From positions 1 to 64,000 of IMG/VR virus record IMGVR_UViG_3300049811_000692: DNA of 64,000 nt; one strand, given 5' to 3'. How positions within the stretch are numbered: the stretch's first letter is position 1; each line of letters starts with the position of its first letter. A model generated the notes under the pieces. The model was not told where the DNA came from, made no database searches, and was given only the letters and a program-made list of their open reading frames with translations. Origin of the DNA: a virus. The position numbers and the translations under genes were made by a program. This document shows, piece by piece, positions 17,577 to 25,853 of this stretch.

Positions 17577-18671
17577 ATGATCACCCTCCCCCTGGCGAAG
17601 GTCGATGTCGAGCGCCGCCTGATCATCGCCCGCGCCGCGGCCGAAGAGCCCGACCGCTCGGGCGAGGTCATGGACTGGGCGACGGCCAAGCCCGAGTTCG
17701 AGCGCTGGTCGCGCAGCTTCGAGCTGGCGACCTCCCACCTCGGCCCGGACGCCATGTCCAAGGGCAACATCCGCCTCCAGCACGACCCGAAGCGCGTGGT
17801 GGGCAAGGTGGTGGAGCTGAAGCTCGACGACGACGCTCGCGCGGCCGACGTGGTCTGCAAGGTGGTGGACGATCAGGCGTGGCGGCTCTGCCAGGAGGGC
17901 TGCATCACCGGCCTCTCGATCGGCGGGTCCTACGGCAACAAGTGGACCGACGCGGCGACGGGCCTGAAGAAGTACACGCCGAAGATCACCGAGATCTCGC
18001 TGGTGGACAACCCGTGCATCCCGAGTGCCCGGATCGTCGAGCTGGTGAAGGCCGACGGCGCAGTGGAGGAGCTCCACCTGACCGGGCGCCCGCGCTCCTT
18101 CGACGAGGTGCTGAGCGAGACCCCGCCCGACTTCGAGGCGGCGCTGGCGAAGGTCGCGGCCGAGACGCCGGCCGACTTCGAGATGGCGCTGGCGAAGCGG
18201 ACGAAGGGGGCGCCGCTCTCGGAAAAGGAGCGGGAGCAGCGGCGCAACGCCGCGCGGCGGAAATCGGTGGTCTCAGGCGCGGTCGCCGGCACCGTGTACG
18301 GCGCGCTGGGAGGCCTCTTCGGCGCCAAGGCCGCGGCGCGGGCGCTGGAAGAGAAGATCGAGCGACGCCTCGCAGTCCCCCGGCGCGCCTCCGAGAAGGC
18401 GACCGACGGCATCACGATCGCGCAGCGCAAGATTGAGCAATACGACGACGGCATTCGCAGCACGCCCCACGGGAAGACCGTGGAGAACCTCAAGATCGCC
18501 GCGCTCCGGGCTGCCCGCGCAGAGGCCGACGCTAAGGCCACGAAGATTAGGCGCGTCCTACGGCCTGTGCAGTTCGTGGGGCGGCACGGCACCAAGATCG
18601 GCGCGGCGGTCGGCGCGGCGGCCGGCGCGGGTTTGGGTTACGCGGCGCACCGCCGGAAGGCACAGAAGTGA
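17577..18671 (+). CDS. Prohead maturation protease (HK97 gp4/XkdF-like) fused to a C-terminal cargo module
   Basis: PLAKVD..RRL...A..E.PDRSGE, NIRLQH (His), G.ITGLSIGG (Ser), EISLVDNPC.P; C-terminal ~160 aa cationic module. Confidence 0.88.
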   Translation: MITLPLAKVDVERRLIIARAAAEEPDRSGEVMDWATAKPEFERWSRSFELATSHLGPDAMSKGNIRLQHDPKRVVGKVVELKLDDDARAADVVCKVVDDQAWRLCQEGCITGLSIGGSYGNKWTDAATGLKKYTPKITEISLVDNPCIPSARIVELVKADGAVEELHLTGRPRSFDEVLSETPPDFEAALAKVAAETPADFEMALAKRTKGAPLSEKEREQRRNAARRKSVVSGAVAGTVYGALGGLFGAKAAARALEEKIERRLAVPRRASEKATDGITIAQRKIEQYDDGIRSTPHGKTVENLKIAALRAARAEADAKATKIRRVLRPVQFVGRHGTKIGAAVGAAAGAGLGYAAHRRKAQK

Positions 18672-19327
18672 TGCGCCTGGCCAAGCGCCAGTCCGGCGCC
18701 CCCCTCTCCGAGGCCGAGCGCCAGCAGCGCCGCGAGGCGGCCCGCGCGCGCTGGGCGGAAGCGGCCCGGGTGGGCGGCGGCGCCCTGGCGGCGGGTGCGC
18801 TGGGGTGGAGCGCGCCGAGCGCCCTGCTCGCGCCCCGCTCCCCCACCAAGGCCGAGGCCCGCAAGGTCTGGAAGACGGAGATGCGCGGCGTCGCCGGCGC
18901 CCTGAAGCGCGAAGGGGCCGACATCCATGAGCGCGCGGCCATCATGCGCGGCGTCGGCCGGTCCGTGATGCGGGACGTCATGGAAAGGCTGCGCCCGGTC
19001 GGGAACCGGCGCGCGCAGGCCGCGGCCGCGGTCGCCACAGGCCTGCTCGGCGGCGCCCTGGCGGCGCGTGGCGCGCGCCTCACCCAGTCGCGCCCCGCCC
19101 CCGACGCCCCAGGCGCCGTCGCCCATCAGCGCCGCGAGCGCGAGAACAAGGTCGCCCAGGCGTCCATGACCGGGAGCCTGACCGGCCTCGGCATCTACGG
19201 GGGCGTGCGGTCCGCGCTGGCCGGCATGGGCCGCCGCCCGCTCGCTCCCCATCCGGCCTTCGTCGCCGCCGCGGCCACCGGCGTCGGCGTCCTCAACGGC
19301 CTGCGCGTTGCCCGCAAGGAGTCCTGA
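18671..19327 (+). CDS. Putative head cargo protein 3 (four Gly/Ala hydrophobic helices)
   Basis: Starts MRLAK-RQSGAPLSEAERQQRREAARARW. Confidence 0.7.
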   Translation: MRLAKRQSGAPLSEAERQQRREAARARWAEAARVGGGALAAGALGWSAPSALLAPRSPTKAEARKVWKTEMRGVAGALKREGADIHERAAIMRGVGRSVMRDVMERLRPVGNRRAQAAAAVATGLLGGALAARGARLTQSRPAPDAPGAVAHQRRERENKVAQASMTGSLTGLGIYGGVRSALAGMGRRPLAPHPAFVAAAATGVGVLNGLRVARKES

Positions 19328-22300
19328 TGCCCAAGCCGCGCTTCACGCCGGACCTCATCACCGAGCTGCGCCACCTCGTCATCGCCCACAACGAGGCGGG
19401 GCATGAGCGCGTTCGGCTCGAGGAGCTGAAGAAGGCCTACGCCTCGAACCATCGCGGGCGGAACGGCCATGAGAGCGCCATGGGCGGCGTGCGCAAGCTC
19501 CTGCTCAGGAAGGCCGACGAGTACCCGCGCGACCAGAAGGGGCGCTTCACCTTCGGCCAGCGCAGGGCGTGGGGCGATGCTGCCTCGCCCGAGCAGCACC
19601 AGCAGCTCCGCGAGGACAACGCCGGCTACGCAGCCTTCCAGAACGCGGTGATCCCGGAGACGCGGGGCACGCAGCTGCTTCCCTCGCTCCTGGGCGCGGC
19701 GGGCATTGTCGAGGGCGCGGTGCGCGGTGCGACCACCGGGCCGACCTGGCGCCGCAACGCGCCGAGCAAGACGATCCGCTTCATGACGGCGCCGCTGTAC
19801 GGGCTGCCGTTCGAGAGCGTGCAGCGCGTCCGGCGCGGCATCAACAGCGGCTTCGATGCCGTCGCGACGGCGGGGGAGGCGGTCACGCTGGCGCCGTCGC
19901 GCTGGCTGGTCCGCCGCGGCGCGGCTGAGAGGGCGAAGATCAAGGCGCAGCCCGCGCCCACGACGCTGGCCGGGAAGATCGGCCGCCAGGAGAAGCTGCT
20001 GCGCACCGGCGCCCAGCACCGGGTCGCCGCCGGCGCCGCGGGGGCGCTGCTCTACGGCGTGCCGGCGGCGATGCTCTATGCGGCGGGCGGGCGGGTGGTC
20101 GGCCCCTACTACGACGCGATCAAGGGCGGGCGCACGATCGAGAAGATGCACGGCGGCGACCCGACGGCGCGGGCGCTGCTGCAGAAGGCCATGGGGCCGC
20201 AGATGCTCTTCGCGAAGGCGGGGCAGATCGCGCAGCGCTTCGCCAGCGCGGCGCAGGCGGGGGCGCGCGCGGCGCGGGCCTCGGGCATTCGCCGCGGCGC
20301 GGCCGCGCTCATGCCGCAGCGCCCCTTCATCCGGGCCGAGCGCCTGACGGCGCAGCTGCGCGGCCGGGTCGGCAAGCTCGGGGTGCGGCGCCCCGGCCTC
20401 TACGCGGCAGGCGGCGCGGCGCTCGGCGCAGCGGGCGCGGCCGGCGCGGCCTACGGCGGCACGAAGCTCGCCGAGCGCGTGTACTACCGCGACAAGGAGG
20501 GGCAGTTCACCTCCAAGGACAAGGCGGTCATCACGGGGGCGGCGGGCGCGGCCGGCGCGCTGATCGGCGCGGCGCTAGCCGGGCGCGCGGCCGGGCGCCT
20601 CAATGCCAAGGCCCGCGAGGCGGTGATGCGCCGCTTCAAGGGCGTCTCGACGGCCTCGGGAATGATCGACGGCGAGGGGCGCAAGATCACGGTCGCCACG
20701 AAGGCGCGGCTGGACAGCGCCACGGCCGCCCTGAAGGCGCGCGGCAAGCCGCTGGCGGCCGACGAAGCCGACGCGGCGGCGCTGGCGAACACCTACGCCG
20801 ACGCGATGGTGACGCGCCTCTCCGACCCGAAGACCCCGCGCAACGCCATCGCCGAGCGCGTGGAGCGCATGGCCGGAAGCGCCCACGTCCAGCGGAAGTT
20901 CACCTCGCCGTCCTACCAGGGGACGGTCAGCACCATCCGCGACGCGGCGAAGAAGCGCCTGGATGCCCGGATCGCCCAGCTCCAGGAGCCCTGGGAGAGC
21001 TGGTACCGCAGCCAGCTGGTCGAGGCAGGGCGCGCGCGGGCGCAGCAGCGCCTTCGCACCACGGCGGCCAAGGTGAAGGGGGGCGGCTTCTGGGATGGGG
21101 CGCCGAACGCGGGCGCGCTGCGCGCGGAGACGCTGAAGAAGTTCCCGGCGCGGGACGGCGCCTACACCCTCGACCAGGTGGCCGACTTCCTCGAGCAGAA
21201 GGGGGCCAAGGTCCAGGCCGCGGCGCTCAGGGCCGACGCCTCGGCCCTAGCAACGGCGACCAAGGACTTCGACGAGCAGCTGGGGCGCGCGATCGGCGCG
21301 CGGGACAAGGCGCGCGCGCAGGCCGACCGCCTGACGCGGGCCGCGGCCAAGGCCGAGGAGAAGTTCAAGGCCGCGCAGACCGCCTCGCTCGACGTGCCGC
21401 GCGGCGAGAAAGTGCCGGCGCCGAGGCTCGAGGCGAAGGCGCTGGGCGACGAGGTGTGGGGCGAGGTCACGCAGGTGATCGGCAACCCCGACGCATCGGC
21501 GCCGGCGAAGTCGGTGACGTTGAACCCCACGATCGTCGATGCGCTCAAGAACGCGGCACAGACCTCCAGCGCCAAGGCGGCCGCGGCCGAGGCTGCCCTG
21601 GCGCGGCCGGCCATCGGGGAGACGGCGGGCGATCACGCGAGGCGCATCCGCAGCGCGCTCGGGGACGACTTCAAGGAGGGCCTGCCGCGGCCGCGCAACC
21701 CATTCGGCTCGGGCGCGGACGGCTTCCTGCCGATGCGCCCGACCCCGGAGGACGTGACGAAGGAGATCGCGGCCGAGACGGCGCGCGACATCGCGAAGCT
21801 CCACGACGAGATCGTGGCCGAGGCGGTGAAGGTGGGCGAGAAGGCGGGACGCGCGGCGCGCGCGATGCCGGCGGCGATGCGGCTGCTCGAGGCGCGGCCG
21901 AGCGCGGCGCGGGCGGCGGTCGGCGCCGTGGCGGGGGCGGTGGGGAGCCGCACGACGGCGGCGCGGCGCGAGCTGCGCAACATCGTGGCCCAGATGCGTC
22001 GCGACGTGGACGTGGACCTGGCGGGGCGGCCGCAGAAGATCCTCGACGCGGCCGAGCGCGCGGGCGCGAAGGTGGCCGACGTGTTCGCGGGGAAGAAGGG
22101 CGCGGACGGGAAGCGCGCGGGCGGCGTGGGGCGCTGGCTGTGGCAGCGCAAGGGCCTCATCGCGCTCAGCCCGGTGGCGGGCGCGGTCGGCCTCGACCTG
22201 GGCTCGGACGGGAAGATCAATCTCGACTGGGCGCGGATGAAGGCCGCGGCGCAGGACCCGAAGCAGGCGGCGCTGACCGCGCTGACGGACACCCACAAGA

Positions 22301-24186
22301 AGGGCGGGGCCTACTTCCGCCTGATGAACGCGGCCACTGCCGACGAGGCGGTGATCACGGGCGTCACCATGAAGACGAAGGACGGGCGGCATCTCTTCGT
22401 GAGCGGCGTGGTCGAGCAGACGGGCAAGCCGAACGTCTCGATCACGCCGGGCTCGCCGGTCGAAGACGTGGAGAAGCGCTTCCGGAAGGAGGGCGGCGGG
22501 GGCCAGGGGAACCAGGACCAGAGCCGGCGCCTGGGCAACGCCGACGTCCTGAAGCGCGCCGAGGACGCGGCCAACAAGCTCGCCGGCAACCTCAAGCAGG
22601 AGGACGTTGGGGGCGAGAAGTTCCGACACCTCAACCTCTCGGGCCTCTCGGGGGGGCAGAAGGACGAGGCCGAGAAGGCAGCGAGCGCGCTGAAGGGCGA
22701 CCTCAACAACGCCTCGGCGAAGTTCGCGAGCGGCCAGCCCAACGCCGAGCAGACCTACGGGCTCCTTGGCTCGGTGCTGTCCGGCCCCGGGCGCCTGCTG
22801 TCCGCGCAGGAGAAGGTGGACTTCGCCCTCAAGGCCTTCGGGGCCAAGGGCAAGGAGGCGCGCGACGGGCTGGGCGGCAACGCCACGGCGCAGTCGGTGA
22901 ACGACGCCATCGTCAAGCTGGTGCGCGAGGCCCCGAACCCGGGGAACGACGGCGACGCGACGCGCCTGCGCCGGGCGGCGCGCCTGCTCGGGCAGCACCT
23001 CAAGACGCAGGTGCCGCTCTCCAACTACGAGGAGATCGACGCGGCGATCAGCGCGAAGCCCCGCTCGGGCGGGGGCGGCGGGCAGCCGCGCCAGGAGGGG
23101 CAGCGCCAGGGCGAGCCGCGCGCGGAGCGGGCCGCGGCCGCGCCAGAGCCCGCCCAGGCGCAGCGCTCGGGCGCCGCCCCCGAGCTGCGCGAGGAGCAGC
23201 GGCTCGATGTCGGGCCAGGCCGCAAGTACTCGGTCCTCTACCCGGCCAAGAACCCGGATCGCTGGTCGGACGACGACTGGATCAAGGTCACCGCCCGGGA
23301 GATCGAGGTCCAGGCGCGCGAGATCCTCAACGACGCTGCGACGCCGCGGGGCCAGAAGTGGGAGCAGCTGGCCAACACGGCGGACAACAACCTGCGCGCC
23401 TCGGTGGCCGGGCTGTGGTCGGCCTACCGGGACCTCATCAACCGCAACTACCCCGACGCCTCGGAGCGGGACCAGCGGCGTGCGTTGCAGCTCTACGTGA
23501 TGCAGCTCGTCGGGGAGCAGGCGGGCGGGGTGGAGTTCGAGCCGCTGCGATTCCGCCCCGTCGAAAAGGCGACCCGCGCCGGGACGCTCCGCAAGGACGC
23601 GGGGGGCGCGCTGCGCCGCCCCTGGGACGAGGCGAAGATCCGGCGCAACCCGGGCGGCAGCGACCAGGGCGGCGAGTTCGCCTCCAAGGGCGGCGCGGCG
23701 TCGCATGCGGGCGCGGGCGCGAAGCTGCCGGGCAAGGCAGAGAAGGAGGAGCGGGGCTTCTTCGAGCCGGTGCGGTTCGGCGCCACGGTCGGTGGCGTGC
23801 TGGGCGGGCAGGCGGCCTGGGAGCTGATCAGCCGCTACGCCCCCAAGGTGAAGGGCGGCCTGTCGGCGAAGTCGGGCCGATTCGTGGTGACGATGCTGGC
23901 CTCGATGGCGGGCGGCGCCGCGGCCAGCAAGGCGGGCGAGCGCCTGGGCGCGATGACCTACGAGCGCCGCGGCCAGCGTGCGCCGACGCCCTACGAGGAG
24001 CCCGAGCGCCCGGGCGGCGAGGAGGCGGCGCGGGCGGCCGGCGCGATGATCGGCTCCTTCGCGGGCGCGGCGGCGCGCTCGGTCCCGGGCGGCGTCCTGC
24101 TGGGCGGCGCCGGTCAGCTGGGCGGTGAGGAGCTGATGGCGGCAGCCTACCGGGTCGCGAAGAACCGCTTCGGGATGTTCGCGTGA
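19327..24186 (+). CDS. Large (1619 aa) putative internal virion/ejection polyprotein
   Basis: Long ORF with strong codon bias between protease and scaffold; three R..(.)G[RQE]F motifs, Gly-zipper helices, L-x-K linkers. Confidence 0.75.
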   Translation: MPKPRFTPDLITELRHLVIAHNEAGHERVRLEELKKAYASNHRGRNGHESAMGGVRKLLLRKADEYPRDQKGRFTFGQRRAWGDAASPEQHQQLREDNAGYAAFQNAVIPETRGTQLLPSLLGAAGIVEGAVRGATTGPTWRRNAPSKTIRFMTAPLYGLPFESVQRVRRGINSGFDAVATAGEAVTLAPSRWLVRRGAAERAKIKAQPAPTTLAGKIGRQEKLLRTGAQHRVAAGAAGALLYGVPAAMLYAAGGRVVGPYYDAIKGGRTIEKMHGGDPTARALLQKAMGPQMLFAKAGQIAQRFASAAQAGARAARASGIRRGAAALMPQRPFIRAERLTAQLRGRVGKLGVRRPGLYAAGGAALGAAGAAGAAYGGTKLAERVYYRDKEGQFTSKDKAVITGAAGAAGALIGAALAGRAAGRLNAKAREAVMRRFKGVSTASGMIDGEGRKITVATKARLDSATAALKARGKPLAADEADAAALANTYADAMVTRLSDPKTPRNAIAERVERMAGSAHVQRKFTSPSYQGTVSTIRDAAKKRLDARIAQLQEPWESWYRSQLVEAGRARAQQRLRTTAAKVKGGGFWDGAPNAGALRAETLKKFPARDGAYTLDQVADFLEQKGAKVQAAALRADASALATATKDFDEQLGRAIGARDKARAQADRLTRAAAKAEEKFKAAQTASLDVPRGEKVPAPRLEAKALGDEVWGEVTQVIGNPDASAPAKSVTLNPTIVDALKNAAQTSSAKAAAAEAALARPAIGETAGDHARRIRSALGDDFKEGLPRPRNPFGSGADGFLPMRPTPEDVTKEIAAETARDIAKLHDEIVAEAVKVGEKAGRAARAMPAAMRLLEARPSAARAAVGAVAGAVGSRTTAARRELRNIVAQMRRDVDVDLAGRPQKILDAAERAGAKVADVFAGKKGADGKRAGGVGRWLWQRKGLIALSPVAGAVGLDLGSDGKINLDWARMKAAAQDPKQAALTALTDTHKKGGAYFRLMNAATADEAVITGVTMKTKDGRHLFVSGVVEQTGKPNVSITPGSPVEDVEKRFRKEGGGGQGNQDQSRRLGNADVLKRAEDAANKLAGNLKQEDVGGEKFRHLNLSGLSGGQKDEAEKAASALKGDLNNASAKFASGQPNAEQTYGLLGSVLSGPGRLLSAQEKVDFALKAFGAKGKEARDGLGGNATAQSVNDAIVKLVREAPNPGNDGDATRLRRAARLLGQHLKTQVPLSNYEEIDAAISAKPRSGGGGGQPRQEGQRQGEPRAERAAAAPEPAQAQRSGAAPELREEQRLDVGPGRKYSVLYPAKNPDRWSDDDWIKVTAREIEVQAREILNDAATPRGQKWEQLANTADNNLRASVAGLWSAYRDLINRNYPDASERDQRRALQLYVMQLVGEQAGGVEFEPLRFRPVEKATRAGTLRKDAGGALRRPWDEAKIRRNPGGSDQGGEFASKGGAASHAGAGAKLPGKAEKEERGFFEPVRFGATVGGVLGGQAAWELISRYAPKVKGGLSAKSGRFVVTMLASMAGGAAASKAGERLGAMTYERRGQRAPTPYEEPERPGGEEAARAAGAMIGSFAGAAARSVPGGVLLGGAGQLGGEELMAAAYRVAKNRFGMFA

Positions 24187-24272
24187 CCTTCGTCCAGTCC
24201 GGCGGGGCCTTCTCTGGGCTGACCGCCACCGACCTGGCGGTGCCGCGCGAGCGATGGCGGCGGCTGAGGGCA

Positions 24273-24305
24273 CTTGCGCGAAAGCCCCGTCGTGCCGCCA
24301 CGGTG
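24273..24305 (+). promoter_or_regulatory. Putative late promoter CTTGC-N16-GCCGCCACGGTG
   Basis: Upstream of the scaffold ATG at 24354. Confidence 0.7.
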
Positions 24306-24353
24306 AAGGAGCAACTCCTGAAGAGCGGGCCCGAGGCCCTGGAGAGGATCGAG

Positions 24354-25628
24354 ATGACCCAGTTCGAGCAGATGGTCGAGGCGCTCAAGACCAGCGTCAC
24401 CGAGATCGCCGCGGCCAACCGCGCGGATCGGGACAGCGCGCTGAACAAGAGCGTGGACCAGTTCGCGGAGCGCGTGGGCGGGCTCTTCGAGGAGGGCACC
24501 CAGCAGCTCCGCAAGAGCGCCCTGGTGCAGCCCAGCGAAGCCGAGGCGGTCGCCTATCTGGGGCGGCTGGTGTTCAACTTGGCCGACGGCATCAAGGCGG
24601 TGGAGGGCGGCCAGACGATCGCCATCGAGGGCGGGAGCCCGCCGTCGGAGGGGACGATGGAGCTGCTGAAGGCGGCGACGGACCTCGCCTATGCCGGTGT
24701 GCAGCTGCTCGCGGCCGAGCAGGCGGCGCCCATCGAGCGCGAGGAGGAGGCCGAGGGCCTCGGTCTGGCGAAGGTGGCGTTCGAGGGGGGCGAAGTGCTG
24801 GTGAAGCACGCGCTCTCCGAGGACGGCATGTCGTTCCTGGGCGATCCCGAGGTCGCAACCGTCGAGGGGATCGAGGCCGCGGCCCACGCGCTGATGACGC
24901 TCGGCGTGGACGTCTCCCCGCTCCTCAAGGCGGCCGGCGAGGACGAGGAGGAGTTCGAGGGCGAGGAGGGCGAGCAGCCCGAGGGCGAGGAGGGCGAGGA
25001 GCCGGAGGCGCCCGAGGGCGAGGAGGGCGAGGAGGGCGAGGAGGGCGAGGGCCCGGAGGGTGACGATCCGCTGACCAGCCTCGCGCAGCTCGGCATCGCG
25101 ACGCTCACCACCGCGGCCTCGCTGCGGGAGGCGGCCGAGGCCGAGGGCGCGACGGCCGAGGAGCTGGCCGAGGTCGATCGGATCGCGCAGCTGGGCGCGG
25201 CCATTGCGGTGACGGCCGACAAGATCCTCGGCAGCGCCGGCCAGGAGGAGGGCGCGGAGGGCGAGGAGCCGGCTGAGAGCGAGGAGGAGATGGCGCTCTC
25301 GGCGCGCATCCGCGACCTCGCCAAGCAGGCGCGCACCTACGTGCTCTCGACGACGCCGAAGGACGAGCTGGCGAAGGCGGCGGGCGGCGAGCTCGTGAAG
25401 GCGGCTGCGCCGGAGGCCGAGAAGCCCGAGCTGAAGAAGGAGGCGCCGGCGCCCGAGCCGAAGGCGCCGGTCCTGAAGACGGTGGCGGTCGAGAAGGCGG
25501 CGGACGGCAACCCGCTCGGCGGCGAGGAGACCGAGGCCCAGAAGGTCGAGCGGCTGGCGAAGATGGGGCCCGAGGCGGCGCGCCTCGAGCTCATCAAGGA
25601 GGCCATGCGCCACCAGGTTCCCGTGTAG
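24354..25628 (+). CDS. Capsid scaffolding protein
   Basis: Very acidic, helical, EGE repeats, directly before the MCP; GGAGAGG RBS before ATG 24354; many L-x-K sites. Confidence 0.75.
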   Translation: MTQFEQMVEALKTSVTEIAAANRADRDSALNKSVDQFAERVGGLFEEGTQQLRKSALVQPSEAEAVAYLGRLVFNLADGIKAVEGGQTIAIEGGSPPSEGTMELLKAATDLAYAGVQLLAAEQAAPIEREEEAEGLGLAKVAFEGGEVLVKHALSEDGMSFLGDPEVATVEGIEAAAHALMTLGVDVSPLLKAAGEDEEEFEGEEGEQPEGEEGEEPEAPEGEEGEEGEEGEGPEGDDPLTSLAQLGIATLTTAASLREAAEAEGATAEELAEVDRIAQLGAAIAVTADKILGSAGQEEGAEGEEPAESEEEMALSARIRDLAKQARTYVLSTTPKDELAKAAGGELVKAAAPEAEKPELKKEAPAPEPKAPVLKTVAVEKAADGNPLGGEETEAQKVERLAKMGPEAARLELIKEAMRHQVPV

Positions 25629-25660
25629 GCTGCGCAGTCCGATCCCCGGAGGAGCGGCCT

Positions 25661-25693
25661 AAGGCCCGGCGCGATGGTCGTGCCGGGCCTTTT
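25661..25693 (+). terminator. Intrinsic terminator-like hairpin
   Basis: aaggcccggcgcga-tgg-tcgtgccgggcctt ending in TTTT. Confidence 0.65.
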
Positions 25694-25715
25694 CCATGTG
25701 CCGCAATCACATAGG

Positions 25716-25786
25716 GATGGACAAACCACAGAATCGCTGAAAGCGACGAAGGTAGGGCCTTGAGAGGCCGCGGCCTGGAGCCGCCT
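25716..25786 (+). promoter_or_regulatory. MCP upstream elements: GATGGACA-N8-AATCGCTGAAA and CTTGA-N16-GCCGCCT
   Basis: First element is shared with the tail tube upstream region (30020-30046); second matches the late promoter motif. Confidence 0.6.
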
Positions 25787-25853
25787 TCGACCCGTTCCGT
25801 TTCCTCGTGGGTCGCGAGGACGAGCCCCCCGAGAGGGGCGCGGAACGCGCGAG

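Noticed and set aside
24183-24353. Scaffold start at GTG 24183
   Set aside because: Region holds the promoter motif; ATG 24354 has a strong RBS and typical codons begin there.
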